64,000 nt of DNA from Octopus sinensis (GCF_006345805.1 NC_043010.1:33046001-33110000); one strand, 5' to 3'; positions 39,661 through 53,796 are shown, counted from the stretch's first letter. A program made the numbers and translations. The notes: generated by a model from the letters alone, not told the origin.

Positions 39661-41845
39661 TGATACAAAAAGCTCACGTTCTACAGAGAAATTATCACGA
39701 CCCTGCTTAAATAAAAAACAATGGACGCTGAGCTTGATACGCCAAACTGGCTGAAAGTTGCACGGCCGATTCTAATCTCCAAGAATAAAGAAACCCATGT
39801 GGCCAAAAACTATTGACCCATAGCATTCTTGAATGTTATGCACAAGCTGTACACAGGTTGTCTGAGCATATTTCTCCAAGACCATGCCAAACAAATGGTG
39901 TAATAATTGATGAACTGGCAGAAGGAGGGGAAATGAGTCTGGGGCTGTGCTGGACAGCTCCTCCTCAACAGTGCTGTTCTTAAAGAAACCAAACAACATC
40001 GCCGTAATCTTTTAACAATGTGACTTGACTACAAAAAGGCTTTCGGCTTTGTACCTCACTTTACATGATAGAATCACTACACCTTGTCACCTGCTACAGT
40101 TCTGAATGTCATTGAAAGACTGGCCACATAGTCGACACTGTTATCACTGACAACTACTAAAGCAACACCTATTGCTACAAACAGAATTAAGGTATCAACA
40201 AGCACATTTTGGGGTACTAATTTATCTGTAATGCTGGTTGTACTGGCAGTGAACCCGCTGTCAGCCCTCTTAACAAAATACCATGGCCACATGCTGAGTG
40301 GAAAAGAATAAAATTAATCACACATTCTTTGTTGATGACCTAAAGTTATATTCTGGTAACATTCTCGACATCAAGAGACAATCCAAACGTGTTACATTCT
40401 CAACGGGACATAGGAATGGAGTGTAGGCGAGCTAAATGCTCATACATGATAGTCAACCGAAGAAAGATTGTCGACCAGATTGAGACGGGACATGTACATC
40501 AATAGCTTGTCTATCTCCCCTATCTCTAATGATGATAACTACAAATATCTCGGAATCGATGAAAATGTTGCATACGTTGGTGCTGTGACTGAAGCCAGAA
40601 TAACGAAAGAGTACTTCTGTAGACTCCGGAAAATATGGAACACAGAGCTGTCTGCATTTAACAAGATGATATCTCACAATACTTTAGCAATGTTAGTGCT
40701 AGCACCAACATTTGAGATATTGGATTTCACGCTCGACGAGATACGCAACTTGGACATCAAAGCCAGGAAGAAACTGATTACTACTGGCAAATTCCACATT
40801 AACAGCGACACCAATAGGATCTATGTGAGACGAAGTGATGGTGGTTAAAGGCGTAAGGTTAGTCCAAGCAGCTTTTGAATGTCGCATACACTCCGACAAC
40901 ACGTGCTGAACATAAACAAAGGAGTACATACCATGTATACTCAAAAGTGAGAGCAACTACATCTTCAGAGTTGGAGAAGAACTACTGTGCAGGTACTCCG
41001 AGAATACAACTGTCTCATACAACCCAAAGGAGGCTGAACTGACCTGCCTAAACAGAAACTTGAGAAGTGGACATCGTACCAACAAAAAGCAATGCATGGG
41101 TACATAACCCGAACGCTAGAGTGAAGAGTAGTTTCTCTCGAACCTGTGATAGATATATTAAATGCCACCTAGAAAGATATCCTTCTGCGGTCCAGGAACA
41201 GGAGATGGCTACAAAATACCTGATAAACATGAGGAACAAAGATACCACCAAACCACTACGTAATGATAAAAAATGGCGGCTCTGCTATACCAATGTAGAA
41301 GATATCACCCATATCATCAGTAGCTGCCCCCAAAATGTTCGCGAGATACGACCTGCCCCTTAGGTATGATATAGATGCAAAGACTATTTACAATGCTATC
41401 CGTAGAAAGGGCTGCCCTAACGTATACCTCCAAGGCATGTTAGAACCAGCATATTTCCCACCTTTAAAAACAATGAATAACGATGGAAAACTCCAATAAA
41501 AACAGAGGTAACATAACAGACCTGATATTGTTCTGTGGAAGAATGAAAGAAAGTTATGCACTGCTGAAGATATCAAGCTACCCAACGGATGTAAATGTAC
41601 AATTAGAAGTTCGGGGAAAAGAGAACATTTATGGTGAATTAATGCGGAACTTACAGCTCTTGTACCCTGACTATAAATTCTCGCTTGTATCCATCAGCAT
41701 TGGTGCATTAGGTTATGTACCAACAAATTTACACAAAAATATAGAAATACTCGGATTTTCGATGAAAGAGAAAAGGAAACTGATGCGGATTCACCAAATC
41801 CAATATATATTGGTGGCACAGTGAAGATTTATAAGATGCCTTAGG
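39660..41845 (+). mobile_element. Second, heavily degraded R4-clade LINE (RT, CCHC remnant, RLE)
   Basis: NY*PIAFLNVMHKLYTG, LDYKKAF, FVDDLKLY, YKYLG, RIYVRRSDGG, EDITHIISSCP, ...IGALGYVP; many frameshifts and stops. Confidence 0.82.
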
Positions 41846-41865
41846 TGAATAGATGCACTCACTTG

Positions 41866-42095
41866 AAGGCGGCGAGCTGGCAGAATTGTTAGCACGCCGG
41901 GCGAACTGCCTAGCAGTATTTCGTCTGCCGCTACGTTCTGAGTTCAAATTCTGCCGAGGTCGACTTTGCCTTTCATCCTTTCGGGGTCGATAAATTAAGT
42001 ACCAGTTACGCACTGGGATCGATATAATCGACTTAATCCGTTTGTCTGTCCTTGTTTGTCCTCTCTGTGTTTGGCCCCTTGTGGGTAGTAAAGAA
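41866..42095 (+). mobile_element. Full family A SINE with an 18-bp target-site duplication
   Basis: aatagatgcactcacttg at 41848-41865 and 42095-42112 flanks the element. Confidence 0.92.
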
Positions 42096-42689
42096 ATAGA
42101 TGCACTCACTTGGATGTGTGTATCAACAGCTCAACCAACACACCAACTCAACCAAATATTTACAAACACCGGGAACTCAAAAAATCTTGTCGTCTTAGTA
42201 GCGACTGGCTTGAATTCTCTTTAGAATTTAAATAAAACTCAATGAAAAGCACGCACGCACATACATACACACACATACACACACACATACATACATACAT
42301 ACATACACACAAACACACACACACACATACATACATACATACATACATACATACATACATACATACATACATACATACATACATACATACATACATACAT
42401 ACATACATACATACATACATACATACATGTCAGTTGTAAAAACCTCAGTATTGAGCGAAATTCAAAATAGACCGTCAACTTTTGATATAATAAACATATC
42501 TATTGCCTCTCTCTACTCAACTTGTTGAATTCTCTACCGGGTAATGTGTGATTATGTGTAAATGCAAATGAATGTGTGTAAATGCATATGAAGTTGTGTA
42601 AAGAAAGGTGTGGCGCTGACTACAGAAATGAAATAGCTTCGACACTTCCATTCCGAGAAATACTTTCATTTTCTTTATTTACTCAACAG

Positions 42690-42698
42690 TGTTTTCAG
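42690..42698 (+). CDS. Candidate 9-nt microexon (TGT TTT CAG, CFQ if phase 0)
   Basis: Long polypyrimidine tract ending caacag; donor CAG|gtgagt; 700 bp upstream of the 96-nt exon. Confidence 0.3.
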
Positions 42699-42936
42699 GT
42701 GAGTAGTATTTCATAGTAATGTTATATATTCCATATGCTATTCAGAAGAAAATTATAAGAAAGTTTTTCATTTTATTTTATTTTATTTTCCTAAATATAT
42801 ATACAACGCAAAGCATGATCAGGTCTTAGAATCAATTTCTTAACTGGCGAGTGATTTTTGTCCTGCAGCAAAGTACTTCACTTCATTTTGCTCTAGTCTA
42901 CTCAGCTGTAAATGAGTTCCAGCTGAGTACTACGGC

Positions 42937-42938
<2 letters not shown>

Positions 42939-43025
<87 letters not shown>

Positions 43026-43035
43026 TCTCTCTTCT
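42939..43035. repeat. (CT)n microsatellite
   Basis: Directly visible. Confidence 0.95.
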
Positions 43036-43394
43036 TCCTGTTCTCCCTCTCTCGCCCTCTCTCATGATGTCATATTTTGGATATCCCGTTGGATCAATGG
43101 TGGGCAGGTCGAGAGGATGTCTCTGTATGTTCACAACTACAACACCATTATTGGGAGCATCGTGCGTGTGACTGTGGACTGTTATACAATGGCTTTCAAA
43201 CTGCCACTTAACAGACCACCTCACACGACCAAAAACACATTTTTGATTTTTTTTCTTTGCTTCTCTTTTGTAATGAGAAACCAAAAGAGCTTACATTCAT
43301 ATAATTTTTTCTTCACTATGGTGGTGTATAAGTTTAACGATTTTAAGACAATCTAATTTTATTAAATATGGTAATTTCTTTGCTTTATTTTCAG

Positions 43395-43490
43395 TCCTCT
43401 CAGGCCCATTCAGACCATTTTGTGCTCTCTCTCTATGAGAAACTCTGTAGTAATCCATTCTATCAGGACTGGAAATCAATACTTTTCAAG
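43395..43490 (+). CDS. Internal coding exon of an unidentified host gene (SSQAHSDHFVLSLYEKLCSNPFYQDWKSILFK)
   Basis: Acceptor tttctttgctttattttcag, consensus donor AAG|gtaagt, 96 nt, phase 0-0, open frame, complex non-repetitive peptide; family not recognised. Confidence 0.62.
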
Positions 43491-44289
43491 GTAAGTAACC
43501 ATATCACAGTAGATAAGGTACGTAATTTTGTTTTAACCAACAATACGCTGTGAGCTCATATAACTATTAATATACACAGTTGTACCTATCCAAACAAGTT
43601 TTGATTTTTTTTAAATATACCTTATGGATATAGAAGAGCCATTCGAAAGATAAAAAAAGACATTGAGGAGAAGACTAATAAAGATGCGGCAAATAAATCT
43701 TGGAGAGGAAAAAATGAAGTATCACGATCACATTCACAAATGCCTTAGCTCATACCTGTACTAACTTCTCTTAACTTCTCTTAGCTTAGCGTCTCCTGTT
43801 TCTTTCCAACACTACACCTTACTCCCCACCTCCTTTCGCCTTCCCAACTTCTCCAACTGGCGGCGTTATCTTGTTGTCTCTCTGTACTTGAAAATAGAAT
43901 AGTCGAAGAGATGACAACTTGAAAGTCCTTCGTGACTGAAAGCAATTGGTATGCTAATGAAAACAAATTTGTGCGGAATACTCTAGGAGAAAATACCAGC
44001 TGGCAGTAATTAGAGGGCGCTAATGAAGTCACCTCAAGTTACTGGAATTCCAGTATTAATGATTTTATCTCGAACCAGCTCTGAATCACGTCAAAATACA
44101 TAAAATTTCACCTGTTGTAGGATAAACTATGATCAGGACCAGGCTTCAAACAGATATAGTGTATGAACACGAAGAGTTTAAAGTGTTGCGTATCACCTTC
44201 CGTCACCTGGACTATTGCCTAACACCAATCAAACAGCATCATTTACCCAAATTCTGATAACTAGATTTAGTTGTCGGAATGCTATATGA

Positions 44290-44560
44290 TAAATCAAACT
44301 GTGAGTAGAGTAATCCTCTCTTGTGCCAAAGCAGTTGTTGGTTCTATGAATGAGGAAATGAACCACATACTTGATAAAGAAGTAGTCACTTGCAAAAAAA
44401 ACGTTGATTCCTATGAAGATAAAAATAATCAGTAGAATTATCCATTAGAATGTCTAAACAGCTATAACTTGGCTAGAGTTCTACCTCGTTCTTTGAAATT
44501 GAAAAATAAATGAATGTGGTCTAATATTACAGCAAAATTTAAATACGTCTATTAAACCTT
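44290..44560 (+). pseudogene. Very degraded Helitron helicase fragment
   Basis: RVILSCAK...NEEMNHILD, NYPLECLNSYNL...LKLK, LILQQNLN parallel the motifs at 11970-12200. Confidence 0.5.
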
Positions 44561-44969
44561 GCTATGAAACAAGATTTTCTGTGATGTACATTTAGTTGAA
44601 CGCTTGAATTAAAACGAAGTTGTTACAGAAGGTGAACATTACAAGAAAACATGATTTGGGGCCAAGAATTAAACTACGGCTTCACACCACTATACCCCTT
44701 ACTATAAACGATTAAACACCTTCCAGGTGGAGTGGTTTTCATAATGACAGCCAATAACTCATGACATCAACCAATGAAGGCATATAACTTTGTTCTTTCC
44801 AACTAATCTATTTTCTCGTGAATATATTTATTTACATTTTGGTCAGTAAAGACGTCAAGTAGTGATGCAAGTAGAGTTACAATACCAAGGTCACAAACAT
44901 GTTGATTCACTTAAGATTTTCCAAGTAAAAAAATTCTTCTTAAATTTTGCACCGTTCTGCATAATTCAG

Positions 44970-45071
<102 letters not shown>

Positions 45072-45084
45072 GTAGGTAGTTAGG

Positions 45085-45134
<50 letters not shown>

Positions 45135-45197
45135 CATACATACATACATACATACATACATACATACATACATACATACATACACACATGCATACAT

Positions 45198-45228
<31 letters not shown>

Positions 45229-45570
45229 CACACACACAGAGGCATGCAGCGAAACTTGAGTCTCGAAACAAACACCCAGCTTTAGTCTTAATTTTAAAAA
45301 CTCTGTGTGCGTGTGTGTGTGTATACACACGCATACATGCATACCCACATACACACATAAATATTAATAGGTGAATTCCTTATGCATATGTTATGGCTCT
45401 TATTCATTTTTAGCTATTTTTAAATCATCATCAAGAACAGCAACATTTACAATGTAAAACAAGAACATACTCTCCTGTAACTAATTATGTAAGAATTCAT
45501 AAACATACAATATCTAATGTCTAAAAATATCTGACACAGAAATTTCATTATTTCTTAGAGGGCATGTATG

Positions 45571-45601
<31 letters not shown>

Positions 45602-45666
45602 GCGTGCAAGCATGCATATATATATATGCATACATATATATACATATACACCACACACACACACAC

Positions 45667-45741
<75 letters not shown>

Positions 45742-46634
45742 TACATGTGTGGGAAATTCTGTCAGTGGGAGTGTTTGTGAAGTTATTAGCTAACTCTTTG
45801 TACATCGTTTTAGCGATTTTGATGAACCTTGACACGTGAGGAGAACTCATGTCTGGAAACCACATGCCATACTCAGATTGTTGAAAAAATTGATAATAGG
45901 GCCCCTGGAAGGGGTCCTTATATATTTTATTTCAATATATTTCATTTCAACAGTCAAGGGAAATAACCCATTCACCCAGATTTTAACAGCCAACGGAAAT
46001 ATCCCATTCATTTTCCTAAATCATTTGATATAAATCAAATTGAGTATGATTATTTCTTAGTATTTAAACTGTTAGAGTTATTTTTGTAATTTATCCAGTA
46101 CAACCCTGAAACAAGTATCTTCCTAAACAATAGATCCATTTATTTCGGTTAGTGACTTATTCATGAATATACCAACACTAGCGTCGCTGAGGGTAATATT
46201 CTCTGGGAACGCAGAAAAGCCTTTTCAGAGTTATTTACTTTGAATTGTTATTATCTCATATCTGATAATCCTGTTATTACGTAACATGCTTCACGATTTT
46301 AGTATACATACTTTATTAGTATTTCCTCCTAAGTTTTATATACTCTGGTAACGCATTAAAGCTCTTTTCGGGGGCTACATTATTTGAATTCTTACTATCG
46401 GGTAACTAATTTCATATTATTGCATAAGTGACTTCACAATTTGGATATTCATAACTCATTAGGAATTCCTAAAAACAAGATCGTGTGTAAGACAGTTCTG
46501 TATTCTCTGTAAATGCACAAAAACCATTTTAAGGGCTACATACTTTGTATTGTTGTAACTGGATTAGCGAAACAATTATGAGAACGAAACCAAGGGATAA
46601 CCCCGCTTTCCCGCGAATAACCGGGTACGTCAGC

Positions 46635-46694
<60 letters not shown>

Positions 46695-46698
46695 CATG

Positions 46699-46742
<44 letters not shown>

Positions 46743-46794
46743 TATACATATATATATATATATGTATGTATGTATGTATATACACATATATGTG

Positions 46795-46843
<49 letters not shown>

Positions 46844-47559
46844 TTTGTAGAAATACATGAATACGGAGGATAAGCACAATCTAAGATGTAGAGCAGTTAA
46901 TATTATAGTGGGGTAGGCTGGTTTATGGGGTTATCCTGGGAATCTCTGCCGAAGATCGATGGGCAATGGCAAAGAAAGATAATCACCTAGGGTTTCACAT
47001 CTAAAACTAGGCTATTCCTCCTCCATATTTTAAAGAGGTCTCAGGCGGTAGAAAGTTGACAAGAGCCTGTATGTGTGGGCTGCCACCCGGTGTAGAGGCC
47101 GAGTGGATAGAAGATACTATCCGTCGGAGCCGGGGTGGAAGAAAATAAAGAAGGTGGACAACAATGGTTGCCCACCGATAGATCCTGAGACGGTGCTTGG
47201 GGAGAGTCTTCCGGAGATGTCGGAGGAACTCCACCCTCCCGTCGTAAAAGGAAAAAAGAAGAGAAAAAAGAAAAACAGGGCATTGCCGGCGACGGCACGT
47301 TCCGAAACACCTTCGGTGGTTTGTGTGTCACCGAGCGAGAGAGTTGAGGCTCCGGCCAGTGAAAGTTGTGCAGAATATATGTTCTGCTATCTCAGGGGAG
47401 GGGCTATTGTACATACATATCCATGCTTATGCATGTATGTATGTACATGTCTACGTGTGTGTATCGTTTGTGTGTGTGCGTGTATGTGTGTATGCGTGTG
47501 TGTGTGTGTATGCGTGTGTGTGTGTCTGTGTCTGTGTGTCTGTGTGTGTGTGTGTGTTT

Positions 47560-47632
<73 letters not shown>

Positions 47633-47909
47633 TGTGTGTTGTGTGTGTGTGTGTGTGAGAGAGTGTTTGTGTTTGTGTAGATTTAGTGATACATGCAATA
47701 CTGAAATATACACTTAAAATCACCAACCCTTGCCAGAACTCTAATACTTCTTCTTCTTTAACTAACTCCTAAGCTGAATTCTTCAGAAATTTGGTTACAC
47801 TAAAAACATATTATTAACGTTCTCAAATCCTAAACGATATCATAGTCTGGTGCAATTATGTAGCGTTTATACATGTGTGTGCGCGCGTGAGAGTGAATGT
47901 ATGTGTATG

Positions 47910-47965
<56 letters not shown>

Positions 47966-48324
47966 TTATAAAATGAGATAGGGGTTGAAAATTCAACCCA
48001 CCCTGGGATAACATATATCCAATATACTGCTAGATAGGTACCCAACAAGACTAATACATAAATGTTAAAAATTGCCAAACAATCAGTTCATCTATTGTAT
48101 TATATGGGTAAAGGTAATAATATTACCGTAAATTAATACTACAAAATTAGAAAATGGAAACATACTTAAATCAATAAAACATCAACTATCAGATGATACC
48201 CATCATCAATACTTTATTACACCATTACATATCAGTAAAGGCATTATACAAAATATACAGTAAATGTAAATAGACAAGGAGATATAAGTATAAAATTTCA
48301 AATATAATATGTAATTAAATCATA

Positions 48325-48434
48325 TCTGACAGCTGTTTCGGCAGCAAGGGCAGTCATACCTCATTTAACCTATAAGCCATAAAGGCAGGTATAAATGAGG
48401 CATTAACAAGGATGCCCCACGGCCTCTTCAGAGA
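48325..48434 (-). ncRNA. Type I hammerhead ribozyme motif with long stem II and palindromic stem III
   Basis: UCU-CUGAAGA-[GGC...GCC hairpin with internal CCUCAUUU/AAAUGAGG stem]-GAAA-CAGCUG-UC-AGA; intact core, GUC triplet. Confidence 0.75.
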
Positions 48435-48920
48435 ATTAAATTTGTTATAATTGTGAAAAAATTATTTTTCCATATACATATAAATATAAAAATATCAAAA
48501 ATGTAAAATATAAAAACTTATGCATAAACTTCATAATGCTACACTTATATAATATAATACTCATTGGTACAATAATGCAAGGTAAACAAAACAAAATAAA
48601 ACAAAATATATATCAGTGTATATATTAATATTAATAAGCACAGTTATTATACATATTTGGCTAATAGTTTTAAAAAACTAACACATAGGGAGATGAAAAA
48701 TAATAATTAAAACCATGGTTCAGTTCATAAAATTATAAAGCTATAAAAGTCAATAAAAATTACTATTAATAATATAATAATAATAATAATAAAATAATAA
48801 TAATAATAATAATCATAATAATAATAATAATAATAATATATAATAATAGATACAGTTATGTTTGCACCAAGTCCATCCTATCAAGATCGTTCGATCTTGA
48901 TAGGATGGACTTGGTATAAA

Positions 48921-48963
<43 letters not shown>

Positions 48964-49008
48964 GAGAGAGAGGAGAGAGAGAAGGAAAAGAAAGAAAGAA
49001 CGAAAGAA

Positions 49009-49040
<32 letters not shown>

Positions 49041-50404
49041 GAAATTAAGAGGTGGAGAGAAATAGAATAGTTTCGTTAAACTGCAGTATATTTCATGCTT
49101 TCGTTCTTGTCAAAAGAATTTAAAAACAGAACCAGTTTTAAAATATTTAATTGACCTCTTTGGTCGCTGGTCCACTGTATTGTAGAGAGAGTAACTTATT
49201 CATCTCTGCTGTGCCCGGGCTGTTTCCAGAAGCAAGTGCCTAGCTCCAATTACACTGATCACCTCTTCACTGAAGGGAAAACAGGTCAATGCGTTCGCAG
49301 CATCCATAGAGCCGCAAGGTATACCAGATATGGGTTAAGTATAACCGTACATATCTACCGTAGAGTACCATCTTTCACATTTTTTGTAGCAGTTTAGCGC
49401 TTAGCTTTTATAAACGCTCAATAAATTATCCTACAAAGCAGCAGGGAGATTTATTGATATGATGGGCATGGTTTGTGCAGAGCCTTTCTCATTCTCCCGT
49501 TCTTCAAACTTGTATTGTTTTGGTGCAAGAAGTGCCACGAGCCCAGTAGTTATCAAGGTGTGGAATTTGTATGGAGTTACCTTCTCTTAGATGTACAGCT
49601 AAAGGCAACATCTGCCTGGAGCCTTTGAGGTGTCTGTAAGTGACCATCTTCCGATAAAGAACATATATATTAGTTGTACATAGGGAATTTACCCATGGAA
49701 AATTTAGGGTGTCAGAGAAAAAGTGAGAAATAGATTTTTGATAAGGAAGCTTTTCATCGATGATATTCAGGTGGCAAAGGATTTTTTTTTATTTTTAAAA
49801 GTATAGATGTAAAGAATAAATAAAACAAAAGTAGAATTGGGAGGAGGAGGAGGAGGAATAAGAAGAAGAAGAACAAGAAGAGGAACAAGAAGAACAAGAA
49901 GAACAAAAACAAAAAGAACAAGAAGAACAAGAAGAAGAATATTATGATTATGATGATATTCATCATCATCATCATCAGGAGCAGCAGCAGCATCAAAAAA
50001 TGTTAAGTTATCTTTATTCCTAATTACCATACCATGATATGTTAAGCTCGTGTCTGTTTTCGCACTTTAACTCAATGCCACAGACATCAAAGGCTGAAGT
50101 AGTATTGAGTACACTAAGGAGATGTGGTAGAAATTCGACAGCAATGAAAAACAGAGTAAAGAGGAAGAGGAAGAGGGTTATAGGCAAAGCAATAGAATTA
50201 GAAACTTGACTCGTCAAAAATCAAAAAATAGCGTTAAAATTGTAAACATTTATCGTTTCAATTATTTATACTCTATGTATACTATTTTTTTAGCCACGCT
50301 TCACATCCTATTGTCTCCTTCCTCTCTACTCTTTTTCCTTCGTTGTTTATTCTCAAGTTTCTACCTTAATTACCTACAAATTTTGATGTAGCTTCTAATT
50401 TTAA

Positions 50405-50610
50405 AGCAACGAACTGGCAGAATCATTAGCGCGCCAATGCATGGCGGCATTTCATCCGTCTTTACCTTCTGAGTTCAAATTCCGTCGCGGCCGAATTTGC
50501 CCTTCACCCTTTCGGGGTCAATAACATAAGTACCAGTTGAACATTGGAGGTCGATGTAATTGACTTACTCCCCCACCCCACCGAAATTGCTGACTTTCTG
50601 CCAAAATTTT
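50405..50610 (+). mobile_element. Diverged family A-type SINE
   Basis: actggcagaatcattagcgcgcc...gagttcaaattcc...cctttcggggtcaataa. Confidence 0.7.
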
Positions 50611-50884
50611 AAACTGATATATTTTCTAATTTAAGTATTTTAGTTAATTTCTCTTATCATTTGTCTTTTACTTGTTTCACTCATTGGACTGTGACCAGGC
50701 TGGGGCACTGTCTTAAAGAGTTTAGTCCAACAAATCGACCGCAGGACTTATTTTTTGTAAGCCTAGTACTTATTCTATCAGTCTCTTAAACCGAACCGCT
50801 AAGTTACGGGAACGTAAACACACCAACATCGTTTGTCAAGCAATGGTGGGGAGGGGACAAACACAAACACATTAATAATATATA

Positions 50885-50937
<53 letters not shown>

Positions 50938-51387
50938 ATAACAAAATAATAAATAAAATATACGCATATATACATACATATATGTACATACCAACATCTA
51001 TATGTATATATACATGCATATATGGGTACAGGACACCGAAAAAAACGTAGAACACAATGAGAAACGAAAATATAAAAACAAAAACGTGGAAACGGACTTT
51101 TTTCAAACAACGAAAAAACAGAGTACAAGACGTACAAAACAAGGAATATTCCCCTTCTTCAGTTCTCCCTGATATCTCTCCTACTGATTATCACTTATTT
51201 AGGCATTTTGAGCTTTTCATATGCAATTAAACATTTTTAAATAGAGAAGAGGTAATTGAAGTATTCGGACAGTTTATCACAGCATAAGATGAATTTTTTT
51301 TAAAGATGGAATATATGACTTAGAGAAACGTTCGGTAAAGGTCATAAATGAACATGGATCATACGTTGATTAAATAAATCAGTTCTC

Positions 51388-51419
<32 letters not shown>

Positions 51420-51428
51420 CTATATATA

Positions 51429-51472
<44 letters not shown>

Positions 51473-51705
51473 GCATATATTTCCGCCTACCAAATCCACT
51501 CACAAGGCTTTGGTCGGCCCGAAACTATATTAGAAGACACTTTCCCGAGGTTCCACGCACTGAGATTGAACCCGGAACCATATGATTGGGAAGTAAGCTT
51601 CTTACCACACATACATACATACATATACATACATACATACATACATACATACATACGTACATACACGCATGTGTGTGTGTGTGTGTGTGTAGGCGTGGCT
51701 GTGTG

Positions 51706-52118
51706 TTTCGGTTTGAACGGCAGTTTTTAACAATTTCTGGGAAATAAAAAATTTTAAACTTCGTATACTGGTAGAATGTGTTTATAAAACATCTTTTTTT
51801 CTTGCCTTTATTGAGAAAATTCTATAGTTTGCAAGATATTTGTCGTTTTTTTTTCTTCAATTTCTGCAATTTCAACCAATCAGTGACGTCTATTGAGTTA
51901 AAAAGTATTCTGTGTCGTATGAATATCTCCCTCGTTTAAGAAACAGATTGGGTTTATTTACATTTGTGAAGAAAAAAAGATACCCTTCCCCCACCCCTAA
52001 CCCTAACTAACCCTAACCCTAAAAGAGATTTAAATGCAATAGATCGCTTCTATGGTCATAATTATGGGTGACAATTTCATATGACACCGCCAGAAAAAAA
52101 CTGCCGTTCAAACCGAAA
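51706..52118. mobile_element. MITE with 23-bp TIRs and an internal telomere-like (CCCTAA)n stretch
   Basis: tttcggtttgaacggcagttttt / aaaaactgccgttcaaaccgaaa; ccctaaccctaactaaccctaaccctaa near 51995-52022. Confidence 0.82.
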
Positions 52119-53114
52119 ATTCCGACAAAGGTCTTGGTAGACGAAAACTAACAGAAGTCCATTATGTGCGCGTGTGTGTGTGTTTATCTTAAGGTCATCA
52201 GTTCTATTCTCGGCGGTGCGTTGCTCCAGTCCTTTCAGCTGGCAAAAATGAGTAATGCCTGTATTTCACAGGACTAAGCCTTGTCACATTCTGTGTCACG
52301 CTAAACCTCCCTCAGAACTACATCAAGGGCATACGTGTCTGTGGTGTGTTCAGCCACTTGCACGTCAATTTCACGAACAAGATGTTCTGTTAATACTGGA
52401 ATATGTGTTTGTGTTTGTGTTTGGCCTCCCACCACCACCGCCGCTTGTTTTTTACGTCTCTACATTTTAGCGGTTCGTAAAAAGAAATCAAAAGAATGGA
52501 TAAAAAGAAATCAAAAGAAATCAAAAGAATGCTAACAAAAAAATAAGTATTGGTGTCGATTTGTTCGACTAAAATCTTTCAAGGTGCCGAATGGCATGAC
52601 TGAAACAAGTAAAAAATAAATGATATGAGCCGATATTTCGTCCCGTAATCAATAAACAAGCGAAGAAAAATTACTTCTCTTTAGTCTGATTTTCTCTCTC
52701 ACTCGTTGATGAAGAATCCATGATGTGTTCGTTACTTGTTTTCTATTATACTGTCTATTATACTTTCAATTATACAGGCGATATCAATGTGATTAGGTTC
52801 CCTATACGAACAGCTTCCTTTAATGTCCATTATTTTTCCATGTGTATTCTGTCTGTTAGAGTCTTATGGAACTAATACATTATGTTAGAACACCATTTTC
52901 AAATGCTGTACACTTTGTCTTTTGCATAAACTGATACGAGTACCGAAATGTTCGTGAAACATATTATCATTCCTCACCCCCAAATAGCACCCAAAATATA
53001 TTTTCTGGTTGAGCACTTTGCTTATATATGATAGCAAGTTTCCTCATATTTTTTTATTTATGTTGAGTTGCAACATGATTGCAAATCATGTTGTTCGTGT
53101 CCGACGCTTTAGTG

Positions 53115-53397
53115 CAGTGTTTCTCAACCATTTTTGTTGTTTTTTTTTGTTGTTTTTTTTTACCTTTGGACTCCTTTGATTCCTAATTTATTCAGATGGA
53201 CCCGAATAACTATTTAATGTTTCAAAAAAATCCTATTATACTTTTATAATTAAACGTTGTTAGGAATTGTATAAAAGAGTTAAAATATTCTGTATATTCT
53301 ATCATAGAAGTATAACCAATTTAATGTACATACATTTTAACAACAAAATCTTATTTAGACCTCCAAGGGCCATATGGACCCCAGTTGAAAACCACTG
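53115..53397. mobile_element. hAT (Buster/Charlie-type) MITE, 283 bp
   Basis: Ends CAGTGTTTCTCAAC / GTTGAAAACCACTG; perfect 8-bp TSD CTTTAGTG (53107-53114, 53398-53405) with central TA. Confidence 0.9.
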
Positions 53398-53796
53398 CTT
53401 TAGTGGCTCTGCTAACCTGTCAGCTTTTACTGGATTGAAAATAAAACCTGGCAAAGGGTGGAAAAGCTTCTTACAGATTAAGTCAACAACCAAATATATA
53501 TGTAGAAAACAGGTCATACCAAGTTATGTGCCCCTAGAAACATACATTTCTGGACACGGAAATAAAAGTAATATTCATTGTGTAATCCAGTGAACCAGAA
53601 AAAATCCATTGTCTAAAGAAGTCTACGGTCTGTTTGGATAATGAACCATAGTAAAATTTAGGCAATAAACCATATTTTTACGGATCATTCCAAGAGCTTT
53701 TGTTATTCCAAGCAACAGTTAGAATTATAGTCTAGACTTATAGTACTAGCATCAAATACGTTAGCACCCACTTTGACAAACAGACTGGTCGACAGG

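Noticed and set aside
49150-49720. Possible degraded Penelope RT on the minus strand next to the 48.3-kb hammerhead
   Set aside because: Motif matches too weak to support by eye
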